Shown here piece after piece: positions 47,168 to 57,219 of a stretch of 64,000 nt of DNA. Every line of letters begins with the position of its first letter. The first letter of the stretch is position 1. Source of the stretch: an uncultured Gammaproteobacteria bacterium (GTDB lineage: Bacteria > Pseudomonadota > Gammaproteobacteria > JAGOUU01); NCBI GenBank assembly GCA_964609155.1, contig CAZSRF010000001.1, forward strand, positions 102,617 to 166,616, written 5' to 3'. The notes under the pieces are model-generated. The model did not search any database, was not told the origin of the DNA, and saw only the letters and a list, made by a program, of their open reading frames with translations. A program made the position numbers and the translations under genes.

Positions 47168-48226
47168 CTAACGAGAGCTGCGGGGCGAACTTGGTGAGCT
47201 TGGTTTATCCAATACAGACGTTCTAGGTGTGGAGTCGGGTGTGAGATCAGGTGTCATCGCTGGTCCGTCAAAGTGGGCAATAAATGCTTTTTCAAACGCT
47301 TTAGGAGCTGTCTTTGTAACACTATAAATATCAGCGTCACTAATTCCACGATGTCCATACCCCTTGTCTTCTACTTTTTCAAGCCATTCTAAATCTTTCA
47401 GAACTTCTAATGTTCGCTTTCCTCCAGAAAATGCATGAGCAATAATTTGTTTTAAATTCCAATCTCTCTGTACTCCACTTTCTATAAATTTTTTTCTAAC
47501 CCATCCTAATCCTATAAGATCCTTAGTACTTTTCCGTAGTTTTTCATCATACGCTTTATAAAAAGCAACAAGGCAAACAGGCTCAAGATAATCTTCAAAC
47601 TTTCTCTTTTCTCCATCCGGTAATCTAACATCCGTCCCCGCGACACTCAAAATTGAATGCAATCCTTGAATTAAAAAGTTCATATTCTCTACCAAACCAA
47701 ACTTTGCAAATACCGAATCAGGCGTTGCAGCTACCTTTTTAACTACCTCTGCTGTGCCTTTAATTTTTGTAATTTGTTGGAGAACAGCTAGGCCAAAAGC
47801 CGCTTTAGCCGGTTCAGGCGATCTAGCCTCAGAGATTGTATTAAATAAAAAACCAGCGTTCTCATCTAATAGAGAAGCAAGTTCGAGCGCCAATGAATAG
47901 AAGTCCCTAAGAGATAAGGATTTAGTCTGAGTAAGAATTTGTCCTATATTAGCACTTAAGGCATGAGAGTCTGATATTTTTCCTAACAAGTCATCTGTTT
48001 TGTCTTTAAAAGTTTCTCTCAATATTTTGTTGAAATCATCTTGTGCACTGCCCCTGATGACACTAACCAAAACGTTCACAGCGCTTATTAATTCCAAACA
48101 TCTTATTACACCCATCTCTTCATTATGAGATCTAAAAAGCTTATCATCTTCTTCATCTGAGTCACTACCTAACGGATGTTCAATTGTAGACATTTTACTT
48201 CCTCCCACGTCCACGCAGTTCTTCAA
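47168..48226 (-). CDS. Hypothetical protein with an acidic N-terminus and a Ser/Pro/Thr-rich C-terminal tail; effector candidate
   Basis: The 352-aa ORF is GC-richer by eye than its surroundings. It has no signal peptide or TM segment, and its tail reads …PDLTPDSTPRTSVLDKPSSPSSPRSSR. Confidence 0.55.
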   Translation of the reverse strand: MKNCVDVGGSKMSTIEHPLGSDSDEEDDKLFRSHNEEMGVIRCLELISAVNVLVSVIRGSAQDDFNKILRETFKDKTDDLLGKISDSHALSANIGQILTQTKSLSLRDFYSLALELASLLDENAGFLFNTISEARSPEPAKAAFGLAVLQQITKIKGTAEVVKKVAATPDSVFAKFGLVENMNFLIQGLHSILSVAGTDVRLPDGEKRKFEDYLEPVCLVAFYKAYDEKLRKSTKDLIGLGWVRKKFIESGVQRDWNLKQIIAHAFSGGKRTLEVLKDLEWLEKVEDKGYGHRGISDADIYSVTKTAPKAFEKAFIAHFDGPAMTPDLTPDSTPRTSVLDKPSSPSSPRSSR

Positions 48227-48296
48227 CTACTTAGACTAAAAGAATAGTAAAAAGTTCAATAATATAATTTTTTATGATAATCAATAAGTTAAAATA

Positions 48297-49499
48297 CTAA
48301 CGACTCTCCCACCTATCAATAACAAATGTAGCTATCGTATTTCCAATCATGTTGGTTAAAGATCGTGCAATTGACATAAATCTATCTATAGTTAATAACA
48401 GCCCTAAACCCTCAACTGGTAGCATATTTGTGGAAGTAATGATGGCTGTTAATGTAATAAAGCCTGCCCCAGTGACTCCTGCAGAGCCTTTTGACACTAA
48501 CAAAATAAATCCCATGAGAATAGCTTGTTGAGATAGAGATAAATCAATATGATAAACTTGCGCAAGAAACACGACTGCAATTCCAAGATAAATAGACATT
48601 CCATCTAAATTAAAAGAATATCCTGTAGGTAACACTAAAGCGACAATCTCTTTATCGCACCCTTTTTTAACTAATTTTTCCATCAATTGAGGAAGTACTA
48701 TTTCTGAAGAAGACGTACCTAGAGTTAAAAATATCTCTTCACGAATATAATATAAAATTTCCCAAAGCCTTAATCCAACCATCCGACAAACTAAACTTAG
48801 TACTATAAAAATAAAAACAAAACAACTCGCAAATACTAATAAAATAAGCTCTGCTAAACTTATTAACGTATTTATGCCAAATTTACTAACTGTATAAGCC
48901 ATTGAACCAAATACTGCAATCGGTGCCATTAAAATAATAATATGCAGGAGTTTAAATAATAATTGATTAAAAATAGTAATTGCCTGTAATACTGGCCTAG
49001 TTTTAGAACCATTTAGAGAGATAGCAATGCCCATTAGAACGGAGATAATAACAATATGTAACAGATTTCCATCTACAAATGGACCTAGCAACGACTGAGG
49101 TAACATAGCTAACAATTCCTGATAAACAGAATTGTAATGATGAGTGTAGGCTACTGTTGTATTGCTTACAGTAGAGACAACAACTTTTGCTAATCCTTCA
49201 CCTGGCTTAACTACATTTGCTACTACCATTGCCATTATTAAGGCAAAGGTTGTGATTATTTCGAAATAAATTAAAGCTTTTAAACCAATACGCCCAACTT
49301 TTTTTAGATCATGATGCTGCCCAATGCCTATTACTATTGAACAAAAGATGATGGGCCCTATAAGCATTCTTAGGAATCTAATAAAAACATCACTGAAAAA
49401 ATTTAAATAATAACCACTTTCTGGAAGGGCTATTCCACATAAGATGCCCAAAAATAATGCAACAATAATTCTTAGTACTGGGTTTTGAGATAATTTCAT
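48297..49499 (-). CDS. Dicarboxylate/amino acid:cation symporter (DAACS/GltP family)
   Basis: It is polytopic and contains DAACS blocks (…GTSSSE..LP…, …NLDGMSIY…, …DRFMSIARSLTNMIGN…). Confidence 0.8.
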   Translation of the reverse strand: MKLSQNPVLRIIVALFLGILCGIALPESGYYLNFFSDVFIRFLRMLIGPIIFCSIVIGIGQHHDLKKVGRIGLKALIYFEIITTFALIMAMVVANVVKPGEGLAKVVVSTVSNTTVAYTHHYNSVYQELLAMLPQSLLGPFVDGNLLHIVIISVLMGIAISLNGSKTRPVLQAITIFNQLLFKLLHIIILMAPIAVFGSMAYTVSKFGINTLISLAELILLVFASCFVFIFIVLSLVCRMVGLRLWEILYYIREEIFLTLGTSSSEIVLPQLMEKLVKKGCDKEIVALVLPTGYSFNLDGMSIYLGIAVVFLAQVYHIDLSLSQQAILMGFILLVSKGSAGVTGAGFITLTAIITSTNMLPVEGLGLLLTIDRFMSIARSLTNMIGNTIATFVIDRWESR

Positions 49500-49563
49500 G
49501 GTATTACTTTTATTAATAAAATATACTAAAATTTAATGTATAACTTATATATAAGCATACAAT

Positions 49564-49977
49564 ATGAATTTACGAAACAAATCAAGAGAACAAGAGTTTG
49601 AGCTTAATGTAACTTCTTTTGTAGATATTATGCTGGTTTTGCTTATATTCTTTATGGTCACATCAAGCGTTAATAATATTACAAACTTAAAGTTACAGCT
49701 ACCGCAAGTCGAAAAAAATTATAATTTGAAAGAATTCCAAGAAATTAACTTGTTAGTTACTGCCGATGGTGCTTATTTATTAAACAATGAGCCGTTGATA
49801 AATAATCAAAAAAGAACTTTAGTAAATGCAGTAAATGCTTTGGCTAAAGATAATAAAGATCTTCCATTTGTGGTATCTGGAGATGGTAGAGCACCATACC
49901 AGGCCATTGTTACTGCACTGGATGCAGCTGGCGATCTTGGTTTTAAAAATGTTAGATTTGCAGCTGTAAAGAGCTAG
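49564..49977 (+). CDS. ExbD/TolR-family biopolymer transport protein
   Basis: The 137-aa product has the N-terminal block LNVTSFVDIMLVLLIFFMV and a periplasmic domain. No exbB or tonB gene is adjacent. Confidence 0.75.
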   Translation: MNLRNKSREQEFELNVTSFVDIMLVLLIFFMVTSSVNNITNLKLQLPQVEKNYNLKEFQEINLLVTADGAYLLNNEPLINNQKRTLVNAVNALAKDNKDLPFVVSGDGRAPYQAIVTALDAAGDLGFKNVRFAAVKS

Positions 49978-50002
49978 ATCTAATCAGATACCATCCAGCT
50001 CT

Positions 50003-51280
50003 TCACGCCCGAACAAACCTAATTCCTACACATCGCCAGCTTAAACTCAAAATAATGCTAATAATACTAACAGAGGTCACAAAAACTAAATAGTAGGCCA
50101 CTACATCAACAGTACCTACACGATTCATCAACCACATAGAAATTATTGGCGCTGAACCACCGAAAACAATTGCTGTGAAATTCCAGCAAAAAGCAACTGA
50201 AGTCGCTCTAATGTTTGTCGGAAAAGATTCAGCTACTAGTGGATTTAAAGTCCCTTCTGAGATCCCAACCAGTGCACCCAATAATAAACACATCAATAAA
50301 ATATACACTGTATCACCACTTTTAAGAGCATTAATAAATGGAAAAGCCAGCAAGAATAAACCCATTATACCAATTAAGATTAATAATTTTTTATTTACTT
50401 TATCTGATAGATAACCAAATACTAATGTTGCAATGGTATAACTCATCACAGTAAATAAATTAAACATACCTGCTGTACGGCTATCAAAATGTAAAAAATC
50501 AATCATCATTGATTTGCCGTAAATAAAGACAACAAAAAAGGCTACTTGGGTAGTCAAAAAAATTGAAAATAATTTTAGTAAAGTAAGTTTGTAATTACGT
50601 AACATTTCAAAAAAAGGATTAGCCACTAAATCGCCCGAGGCTTTAATAGCTGTAAAATCTTCAGTTTCTAATAATGTTCTGCGCATATAATAAGCAACAA
50701 AGCTTGCTATTACACTTACAAAAAATGGTATCCGCCAGGCATAGGCATAAACTTCCTGTTCTGTTACCAGTGATTCAATAACAAAAATTGTACAAGCACT
50801 TAGTACTAGGCCTGTTCCCACTCCTGTTAAAGCTAGACAACCAAAAAAACCACGTCTTTCTTTTGGCACTGATTCATATAAATACACACAAGATGTACCA
50901 AACTCTCCGCCCAGCGCAAGTCCCTGCAATATGCGTAATAGTACTAATATAATAGGTGCCGCTATCCCAATCTGTTGGTACGTGGGTAGTAATCCTATGC
51001 ACATAGTGGGGATCGACATAAGCAGCATCGTAATAGCCAATGTATCTTTGCGGCTATACCTATCACCCAAATAACCAAATATAATACCTCCTATAGGACG
51101 AGCTGTCAGGCCTATAGCAAAAGTTGCGAAAGTGAAAATCATGGCAATTAAGTGATTTTCCAGAGGAAAGAACAGTTTAGAAATAACTGTGGCAAAATAA
51201 GCATAGAGAGTATATTCATACCATTCTAGTACATTACCTAGTGACGATGATAGAACGGATTTGAATATATTTCTAGACAT
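50003..51280 (-). CDS. MFS metabolite:H+ symporter (ProP/KgtP-like)
   Basis: It has 12 TM segments, the motif GGIIFGYLGDRYSRK and an N-terminal …LEWYEYTLY…. Confidence 0.8.
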   Translation of the reverse strand: MSRNIFKSVLSSSLGNVLEWYEYTLYAYFATVISKLFFPLENHLIAMIFTFATFAIGLTARPIGGIIFGYLGDRYSRKDTLAITMLLMSIPTMCIGLLPTYQQIGIAAPIILVLLRILQGLALGGEFGTSCVYLYESVPKERRGFFGCLALTGVGTGLVLSACTIFVIESLVTEQEVYAYAWRIPFFVSVIASFVAYYMRRTLLETEDFTAIKASGDLVANPFFEMLRNYKLTLLKLFSIFLTTQVAFFVVFIYGKSMMIDFLHFDSRTAGMFNLFTVMSYTIATLVFGYLSDKVNKKLLILIGIMGLFLLAFPFINALKSGDTVYILLMCLLLGALVGISEGTLNPLVAESFPTNIRATSVAFCWNFTAIVFGGSAPIISMWLMNRVGTVDVVAYYLVFVTSVSIISIILSLSWRCVGIRFVRA

Positions 51281-51382
51281 AAAAATAGAGATATCTGTAT
51301 AATTTAAGTTTGTATCTGTATTTTATGTGAGCTTCTGAATTTGCGCAACTAACGAGCACAAACTAAAGTAAGCACACTTAGA

Positions 51383-52234
51383 CTAACTCCAAGTTTCAAC
51401 CTGAGACTTCACATATTCTTCAAATTTCACAGGCTCACGACCTAAAATTTGTTTTACAGTATCTGTTACTTTGGCTGCTTGACCAGACTTAGCTGCAGAC
51501 ATAATCAACACAAGAAAATTTACATAATCCTCAGCAAGCCCAGCTTTTAGCAAGGTATCTTTAAATTCTTGCTTAGAGATTTCTTGGTAATCAACTTTCT
51601 TACCATCTGTTTTATATTTAGAAATAACGGCTGCAACAGCATGGTGATCTAACGCTTCGCTGCCTGTTAAATCTAAAATGGCCTTGTTACATAAATCAGA
51701 AGTAAGTAATTTTACAGCTACTTGAGCCACATCGTATGTACTGATAAAGCTAGTTTTAGCATCCCCTGCTGGCAATAAAATTTTATTTTGCTGTTTAATA
51801 GCGCCAAGCCAATAACTACTAAAATTTTGCATAAACCAATTCGGTCTAATAATAGTATAAGATAAGCCTGATTGTTCTAATTCTATTTCTGCTCTACGAT
51901 AACCAGAAGTTAAATCAGCATAAACACCTACTGAAGTCATTAAAACCACTTTTTTTATTTGATGCTGTTTGGCTGAGCGAATGAGAGGTGCGAGAATTTT
52001 ATACTGATCACCAAATCCTCCTGGGGATAATAAAAAAACACGATCTATTTGGTCAAAAACCTTGTTGAGATCATCAGTCCTTGGAGCAGTGAAATCAATT
52101 AAGAAAGAATCTTTCGTTACTTTATTTGGTTTGCTTGTCGTAGTCCTAACATCACATCCTTGTTTTTTTAATAAACTTACCACGTCTCTTCCTACAGTAC
52201 CAGACGCGCCAATCACTAAATATTTTTCTTGCAT
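51383..52234 (-). CDS. NmrA-like / atypical SDR NAD(P)-binding protein
   Basis: The N-terminus is VIGASGTVGRDVV, and the size and layout are NmrA-like. Confidence 0.7.
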   Translation of the reverse strand: MQEKYLVIGASGTVGRDVVSLLKKQGCDVRTTTSKPNKVTKDSFLIDFTAPRTDDLNKVFDQIDRVFLLSPGGFGDQYKILAPLIRSAKQHQIKKVVLMTSVGVYADLTSGYRRAEIELEQSGLSYTIIRPNWFMQNFSSYWLGAIKQQNKILLPAGDAKTSFISTYDVAQVAVKLLTSDLCNKAILDLTGSEALDHHAVAAVISKYKTDGKKVDYQEISKQEFKDTLLKAGLAEDYVNFLVLIMSAAKSGQAAKVTDTVKQILGREPVKFEEYVKSQVETWS

Positions 52235-52282
52235 AGTAATTCCCTGTACAACGTTGTATCTTACAATTTATATCAAGATAGC

Positions 52283-53761
52283 CTATATAAGGCTATCTTT
52301 GTGTGCCGTAATCTTACTTAATAAAATTTTAATTACTTGATTAAAAATTAAACAAACAAATGTTACAGCTAATAAAATATAAAATAATTCGGTAAAACTA
52401 GCTGCATAATGCACCTTCAACTGGCTAATTGATAAACTATTAGCATTAATTGCAGTTAACGTAGCCAATTTGCCAGATAAAAAAGCACCAATTCCTAAAG
52501 AAACAAAAAAGATACCAACCATCGTGCTCACTTTTTTACGACTCGCCAAAACTGTAATTGCCGATAAACCGACCGGTGATAATAATAATTCTGCAATAGA
52601 AATCATGATATAGGCTGGGATAATATATAATGGCGACAACAATGTATCATCTACATAATAGTTACAAATCCAAGTTATAAGCGCATAGGCTGCAACTACA
52701 AATAACATAGATAAGGTAAATTTATTTCCTGTCCTCATTCCAGTTTGTGAGGAGGTTAATTTTTTTCTACTTTTGGAGAAGAAATAACCAAAGACTAACA
52801 TCCCAACACTTTGAATACTCACATAATATGGCGGCGGAAACATAATACCAAATAAACTAGGCTCTACTGTTCTTGAAATAAACAATGTTAATGATAAAAA
52901 CATTTGAAAATAAAATGCCCAAAACACTGTAGAGATAAGACATAAGATCCCAATTACTAAAGTCTGCTTTGCTTGTACCATAGATTCTTGAGATTCTTGA
53001 AACACTGTAAAAGCTAAGTAACATGCTGATAAACATACAATGCCACCAAAAGCAAAATTAGCAACGTAAGGATTTTTTAGAATATAAAAAGCAGAAATCC
53101 ATAATACTGCCATCAGTCCTAACGCCTTTAGCAAACGGCCTAGCCTGAATTCCATAGGATGATAGTCTGCTATTTTATAATGACGAATACCATACGCAAA
53201 AATGGTAAACGCTAACACCAAACCAAAAGCTGCGCTGGCAAAAGCACTACCCCACCCATAATAATAATTGAGTTGGCTAGGCAAGGTCGTGCCAAGAATA
53301 ATCCCTGTAGTTATGCCCATATAAAATATAGTAAATCCACTTTCACGCCTTGAGGAATTCTCTGGATACTCATTGCCAAGCAAAGAGGAAATATTAGGTT
53401 TTAGTAATCCTGTGCCAACAGCAATACCTGATAAAGAAGCCACCAAACCCGTATCTGAAACCAAAACAAATAGTGCTATATAACTAAAAAATAGAAAAAC
53501 TGTCCCAAGTAAAATAGCTTTTTTTTGGCCCAATAAATGATCACCAATCCAGCCACCAATCACAGGTGATAAATACGTTAAAGCAGTAAAAGAACCTACT
53601 AAAGCATAGACTCGCTCATCTAGCCATTGAAAATGAAATACTAAATATAAAGCTAGTAAAGACTGTACAACATAAAATCCATAACGTTCCCACATCTCTG
53701 TTGCAAAAAATACACGTAATGATGATGGATGTTTGGATGTTGTACTTTGAGCGTTTAGCAT
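52283..53761 (-). CDS. Proton-dependent oligopeptide transporter (POT/PTR2, DtpA/B-like)
   Basis: The motifs are FATEMWERYGFY (ExxERFxYY type), GGWIGDHLLG and FYMGITTG. The protein is polytopic. Confidence 0.85.
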   Translation of the reverse strand: MLNAQSTTSKHPSSLRVFFATEMWERYGFYVVQSLLALYLVFHFQWLDERVYALVGSFTALTYLSPVIGGWIGDHLLGQKKAILLGTVFLFFSYIALFVLVSDTGLVASLSGIAVGTGLLKPNISSLLGNEYPENSSRRESGFTIFYMGITTGIILGTTLPSQLNYYYGWGSAFASAAFGLVLAFTIFAYGIRHYKIADYHPMEFRLGRLLKALGLMAVLWISAFYILKNPYVANFAFGGIVCLSACYLAFTVFQESQESMVQAKQTLVIGILCLISTVFWAFYFQMFLSLTLFISRTVEPSLFGIMFPPPYYVSIQSVGMLVFGYFFSKSRKKLTSSQTGMRTGNKFTLSMLFVVAAYALITWICNYYVDDTLLSPLYIIPAYIMISIAELLLSPVGLSAITVLASRKKVSTMVGIFFVSLGIGAFLSGKLATLTAINANSLSISQLKVHYAASFTELFYILLAVTFVCLIFNQVIKILLSKITAHKDSLI

Positions 53762-53904
53762 GAAATCTCCTGTCCCCTCTTATATAGTCTTCTATCATCT
53801 TCTTTTACAGATGACCAATCGATCATCATAATTAATTTTCAGGAGAATATCAAATGTAGTTAGGCTATATACTTTGGATCAATAAGTTATTAAAGATTTT
53901 AGTG

Positions 53905-54702
53905 TTAAAGACGAACCGATCTTCCACCGTCTAAAGCTAAAATTTGCCCTGTAATACTTTGAGCTTCAGCTAAAAATAAGACAGCTTGCGCTATATCCAG
54001 AGGAGAACTTAGTCTTTTTAATAAAGTTTTTGTGACCATTTGCTTATTATATTCATTATGTTCAATAAATGCAGAATTTTCAGCCCCATCAGGCTCATCA
54101 GGCTGTAAGCTCGGTCCTGGAGCAACAGCATTTACCCTGATTGCCGGCGCTAATTCGCGAGCTAAGGCTTTTGTCATCATATTATTTGCAGCTTTAGCCA
54201 TGCTATACACTGAGTAGCCTTTTAAAGGCCTTTGTGCATGTATATCAGATATATTAATTATGCAGCCTTTTGTAGCTTGTAGGTGAGGAGCAAGACCTTG
54301 GGCAAGAAAAAAGGGTCCTCCAGCATTGCTAATCATAAGATCCCGCCAATCATTGAGAGTTATCTTTCCTATAGGCGTTGGAAAAAAACTTGATGCATTA
54401 TTTACTAAAACATCAATACGGCCAAAGAATTCTTTAACTTTAAGCGTGAATTTTTCTACAAAATCAGGATCAACCAAACTTCCTAACTCTGCCTGGATAA
54501 TAAAACAAGAATTAGCTCGTATAGCATTTAATGTATCTGATAATTGCTTAGCTTTAACTTCTGACTTCTGACTTCTGTAGTGAATAATGATACTATAGCC
54601 ATGTTCATGAAAATACTGAGCGATAACTGCACCAATTCTTCTAGCTGCACCGGTTATCAAAACAACTTTATTATATTTATTGTTATTTTGGTTATTTGAC
54701 AT
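53905..54702 (-). CDS. Short-chain dehydrogenase, pteridine reductase/FolM-like
   Basis: The motifs are VVLITGAARRIG, HYRSQ, NNAS and YSMAKAA (YxxxK). Confidence 0.7.
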   Translation of the reverse strand: MSNNQNNNKYNKVVLITGAARRIGAVIAQYFHEHGYSIIIHYRSQKSEVKAKQLSDTLNAIRANSCFIIQAELGSLVDPDFVEKFTLKVKEFFGRIDVLVNNASSFFPTPIGKITLNDWRDLMISNAGGPFFLAQGLAPHLQATKGCIINISDIHAQRPLKGYSVYSMAKAANNMMTKALARELAPAIRVNAVAPGPSLQPDEPDGAENSAFIEHNEYNKQMVTKTLLKRLSSPLDIAQAVLFLAEAQSITGQILALDGGRSVRL

Positions 54703-54744
54703 TATAATGTTACATTTAAATTTATATATTTATAAATTATTCTA

Positions 54745-55956
54745 ATGATTCATTTAGTAAAAAACAATTCTTTAACATTACAGCTACCTGAACCAAGCAA
54801 AGAACAATTAGAACATTCTAATTACTTAGTACAATATTTATACCAGAAAATTAAAGCTAGCAATAATTGGCTAAGCTTTAAAGATTATATGACATCTGTA
54901 CTATATCACCCACAATACGGTTATTATACTGGTGGTAATAAGAAAATTGGTGCAGATGGTGATTTTATTACAGCTCCAGAATTAGGCCCCCTTTTTGCTT
55001 ATAGCATTGCCAAGCAATTGCAAACCATTTTAAAAAATCATCCAGACTTTTCTATCTTAGAATTTGGCGCTGGCTCAGGAATTCTAGCTGTTAATTTATT
55101 ATTAGAATTAGATAAATTAAATACTCTACCAAGTAATTATTATATCTTAGATTTAAGTGCTGAATTAAACAATCGCCAGCAGAAAACAATCAAAATATTG
55201 CCGAAACATTTAAAACAAAAAATTAAATGGTTATCACAACTTCCTGAAGATAATAGTTTTAGAGGTATCATTCTTGCCAATGAAGTAGTTGATGCTATGC
55301 CTGTTCATCTATTTCAAATTTCTAATGAGAACACTACAGAGCTGGGTTTAACAACTATAAATAGCGATATAGTTTGGCAAGCACAAGAACCAGATAATTA
55401 TTTGAATAATTACATAGACAACTATATTGTACCCATTCTGAAAAGAGAGCCTGCGAGTTCGTCTTATATATCTGAAGTCAATCTTTTAGCTAGAGACTGG
55501 GTAACTGCTATTAGTCAATGCATGGCTCAAGGTTTAATTATGATTATAGACTATGGTTTTAAGCGCCAAGAATATTATCATCACGATCGCCATGAAGGAA
55601 CGCTAATGTGTCACTACAGACATTTTGCTCATCAAGATCCTTTATTGTATCCTGGCCTACAAGATATTACAGCACATGTTGACTTTACAAGTTTAGCCGA
55701 AGCTGCGTTAGAAAATAATTTAGAAGTAGCCAGTTTTTTAACACAAGCATATTTTTTATTAGCTAATAATATTACGGATTACTTTAACAATCATGACATT
55801 TCTAAAAAAGATATTTTTTCTTTAAAACAACAACTAAAAAAATTAACAAGCCCTTGTGAAATGGGTGAGTTATTTAAAGTTTTAATTTTAAATAAAAATC
55901 TTGATTATAGCTATTTTTCACATTTGCAAGTTTATGATAAACGTTATGAATTATAA
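54745..55956 (+). CDS. SAM-dependent methyltransferase of the MidA/NDUFAF7 (DUF185) family
   Basis: The motifs are GDFITAPELGPLFA, EFGAGSG, ANEVVDAMP and DITAHVDF. Confidence 0.75.
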   Translation: MIHLVKNNSLTLQLPEPSKEQLEHSNYLVQYLYQKIKASNNWLSFKDYMTSVLYHPQYGYYTGGNKKIGADGDFITAPELGPLFAYSIAKQLQTILKNHPDFSILEFGAGSGILAVNLLLELDKLNTLPSNYYILDLSAELNNRQQKTIKILPKHLKQKIKWLSQLPEDNSFRGIILANEVVDAMPVHLFQISNENTTELGLTTINSDIVWQAQEPDNYLNNYIDNYIVPILKREPASSSYISEVNLLARDWVTAISQCMAQGLIMIIDYGFKRQEYYHHDRHEGTLMCHYRHFAHQDPLLYPGLQDITAHVDFTSLAEAALENNLEVASFLTQAYFLLANNITDYFNNHDISKKDIFSLKQQLKKLTSPCEMGELFKVLILNKNLDYSYFSHLQVYDKRYEL

Positions 55957-55975
55957 CTCTATTTCTAAAATACTT

Positions 55976-57205
55976 CTAGAATTCAAAAGCAGCTTTTACT
56001 TGTTTTATTGCCTCAATCTGCGCTTTATACATTTCTTTTGCAAGAGCTTCTCCTTCAAATCCTTGTTCCATAAATGGTGTTGATTTAATATAGCGCGCTG
56101 CCTGATAACACGCGGTGAGATAATCTGCTTGTTTGTACTCTCTATTTTCGAAACCTGTACGGCCACGACTGTCTGCAATACAAGCTAATAAGAAATCAAA
56201 AAAATCATCTGGATTCCTAAAAGCATCTAATTGTTTTAATAATCTTGCAATAGTATCTGCACGCAATTCAAAAGCCCTATGACAGACACCATGATACTCA
56301 GCCACTTTTATCGCTAGTTTTTGATAGCTCTTGGGTACTTTATAACGTTCACATAATTTAGTGGCTATTTTAGTACCACGTTGCTCATGACCATGATGCC
56401 TTGGTAATAAATCTCTTGGTGTAGTTGCTTTACCCAAATCATGTAATAAAGCAGCAAAACGAACCCTTGGACTTGAACTAATTTTTGCAGCTTGCTCTAA
56501 AACCATCATGGTATGAATGCCTGTATCTATTTCCGGGTGATGCTGCGGTGGATTTGGTATGCCATAAAGCTTATCTAATTCTGGAAATAACACCTTTAAA
56601 GCTTGACAGGTTCTTAGTGTTTCAAAGAAAAATTGCGGTGATTGTTCCGCTAATGCACGCTCGGTTTCTTTCCATACTCTCTCTGCTACTAGGGCATCGA
56701 TCTCACCGTTTAAGACCATCTCTTTCATAAGCTCATTAGTCTCAGATGCAACCTTGAATCCTAAGTAATGAAATCTTGCAGCAAATCTTGCTAAACGTAA
56801 AATACGAACAGGATCTTCAGTAAAGTTTGTAGAAACATGGCGTAAAATTTTATCTTCTAAATCTTTACGACCATTGTAAGGATCAATAATATTACCTTTA
56901 TTATCTTTAGCTATGGCATTGATAGTTAAATCGCGACGCCTAAGATCTTCTTCTAATGTTACTTTAGGTGAATACTCTACAGCAAAACCTGTATACCCAG
57001 GCGCTGTTTTACGCTCAGTACGAGCTAATGCATATTCTTCTTTACTAGACGGATGCAAGAATACTGGAAAGTCTTTACCAACAGATTTATAACCTTGGCT
57101 TAGCAAATCATCAGGTGCTGCTCCTACAACCACCCAATCCCGCTCTTTAATATCTAATCCCAGCAATTCATCTCGAACAGCACCGCCTACTAAATAGATG
57201 TCCAT
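55976..57205 (-). CDS. cca: Multifunctional CCA-adding enzyme with an HD domain
   Basis: It starts MDIYLVGGAVRDELLG and contains RRDLTINA and the HD-domain block LLHDLGK. Confidence 0.9.
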   Translation of the reverse strand: MDIYLVGGAVRDELLGLDIKERDWVVVGAAPDDLLSQGYKSVGKDFPVFLHPSSKEEYALARTERKTAPGYTGFAVEYSPKVTLEEDLRRRDLTINAIAKDNKGNIIDPYNGRKDLEDKILRHVSTNFTEDPVRILRLARFAARFHYLGFKVASETNELMKEMVLNGEIDALVAERVWKETERALAEQSPQFFFETLRTCQALKVLFPELDKLYGIPNPPQHHPEIDTGIHTMMVLEQAAKISSSPRVRFAALLHDLGKATTPRDLLPRHHGHEQRGTKIATKLCERYKVPKSYQKLAIKVAEYHGVCHRAFELRADTIARLLKQLDAFRNPDDFFDFLLACIADSRGRTGFENREYKQADYLTACYQAARYIKSTPFMEQGFEGEALAKEMYKAQIEAIKQVKAAFEF

Positions 57206-57219
57206 ATATACTTAATATA

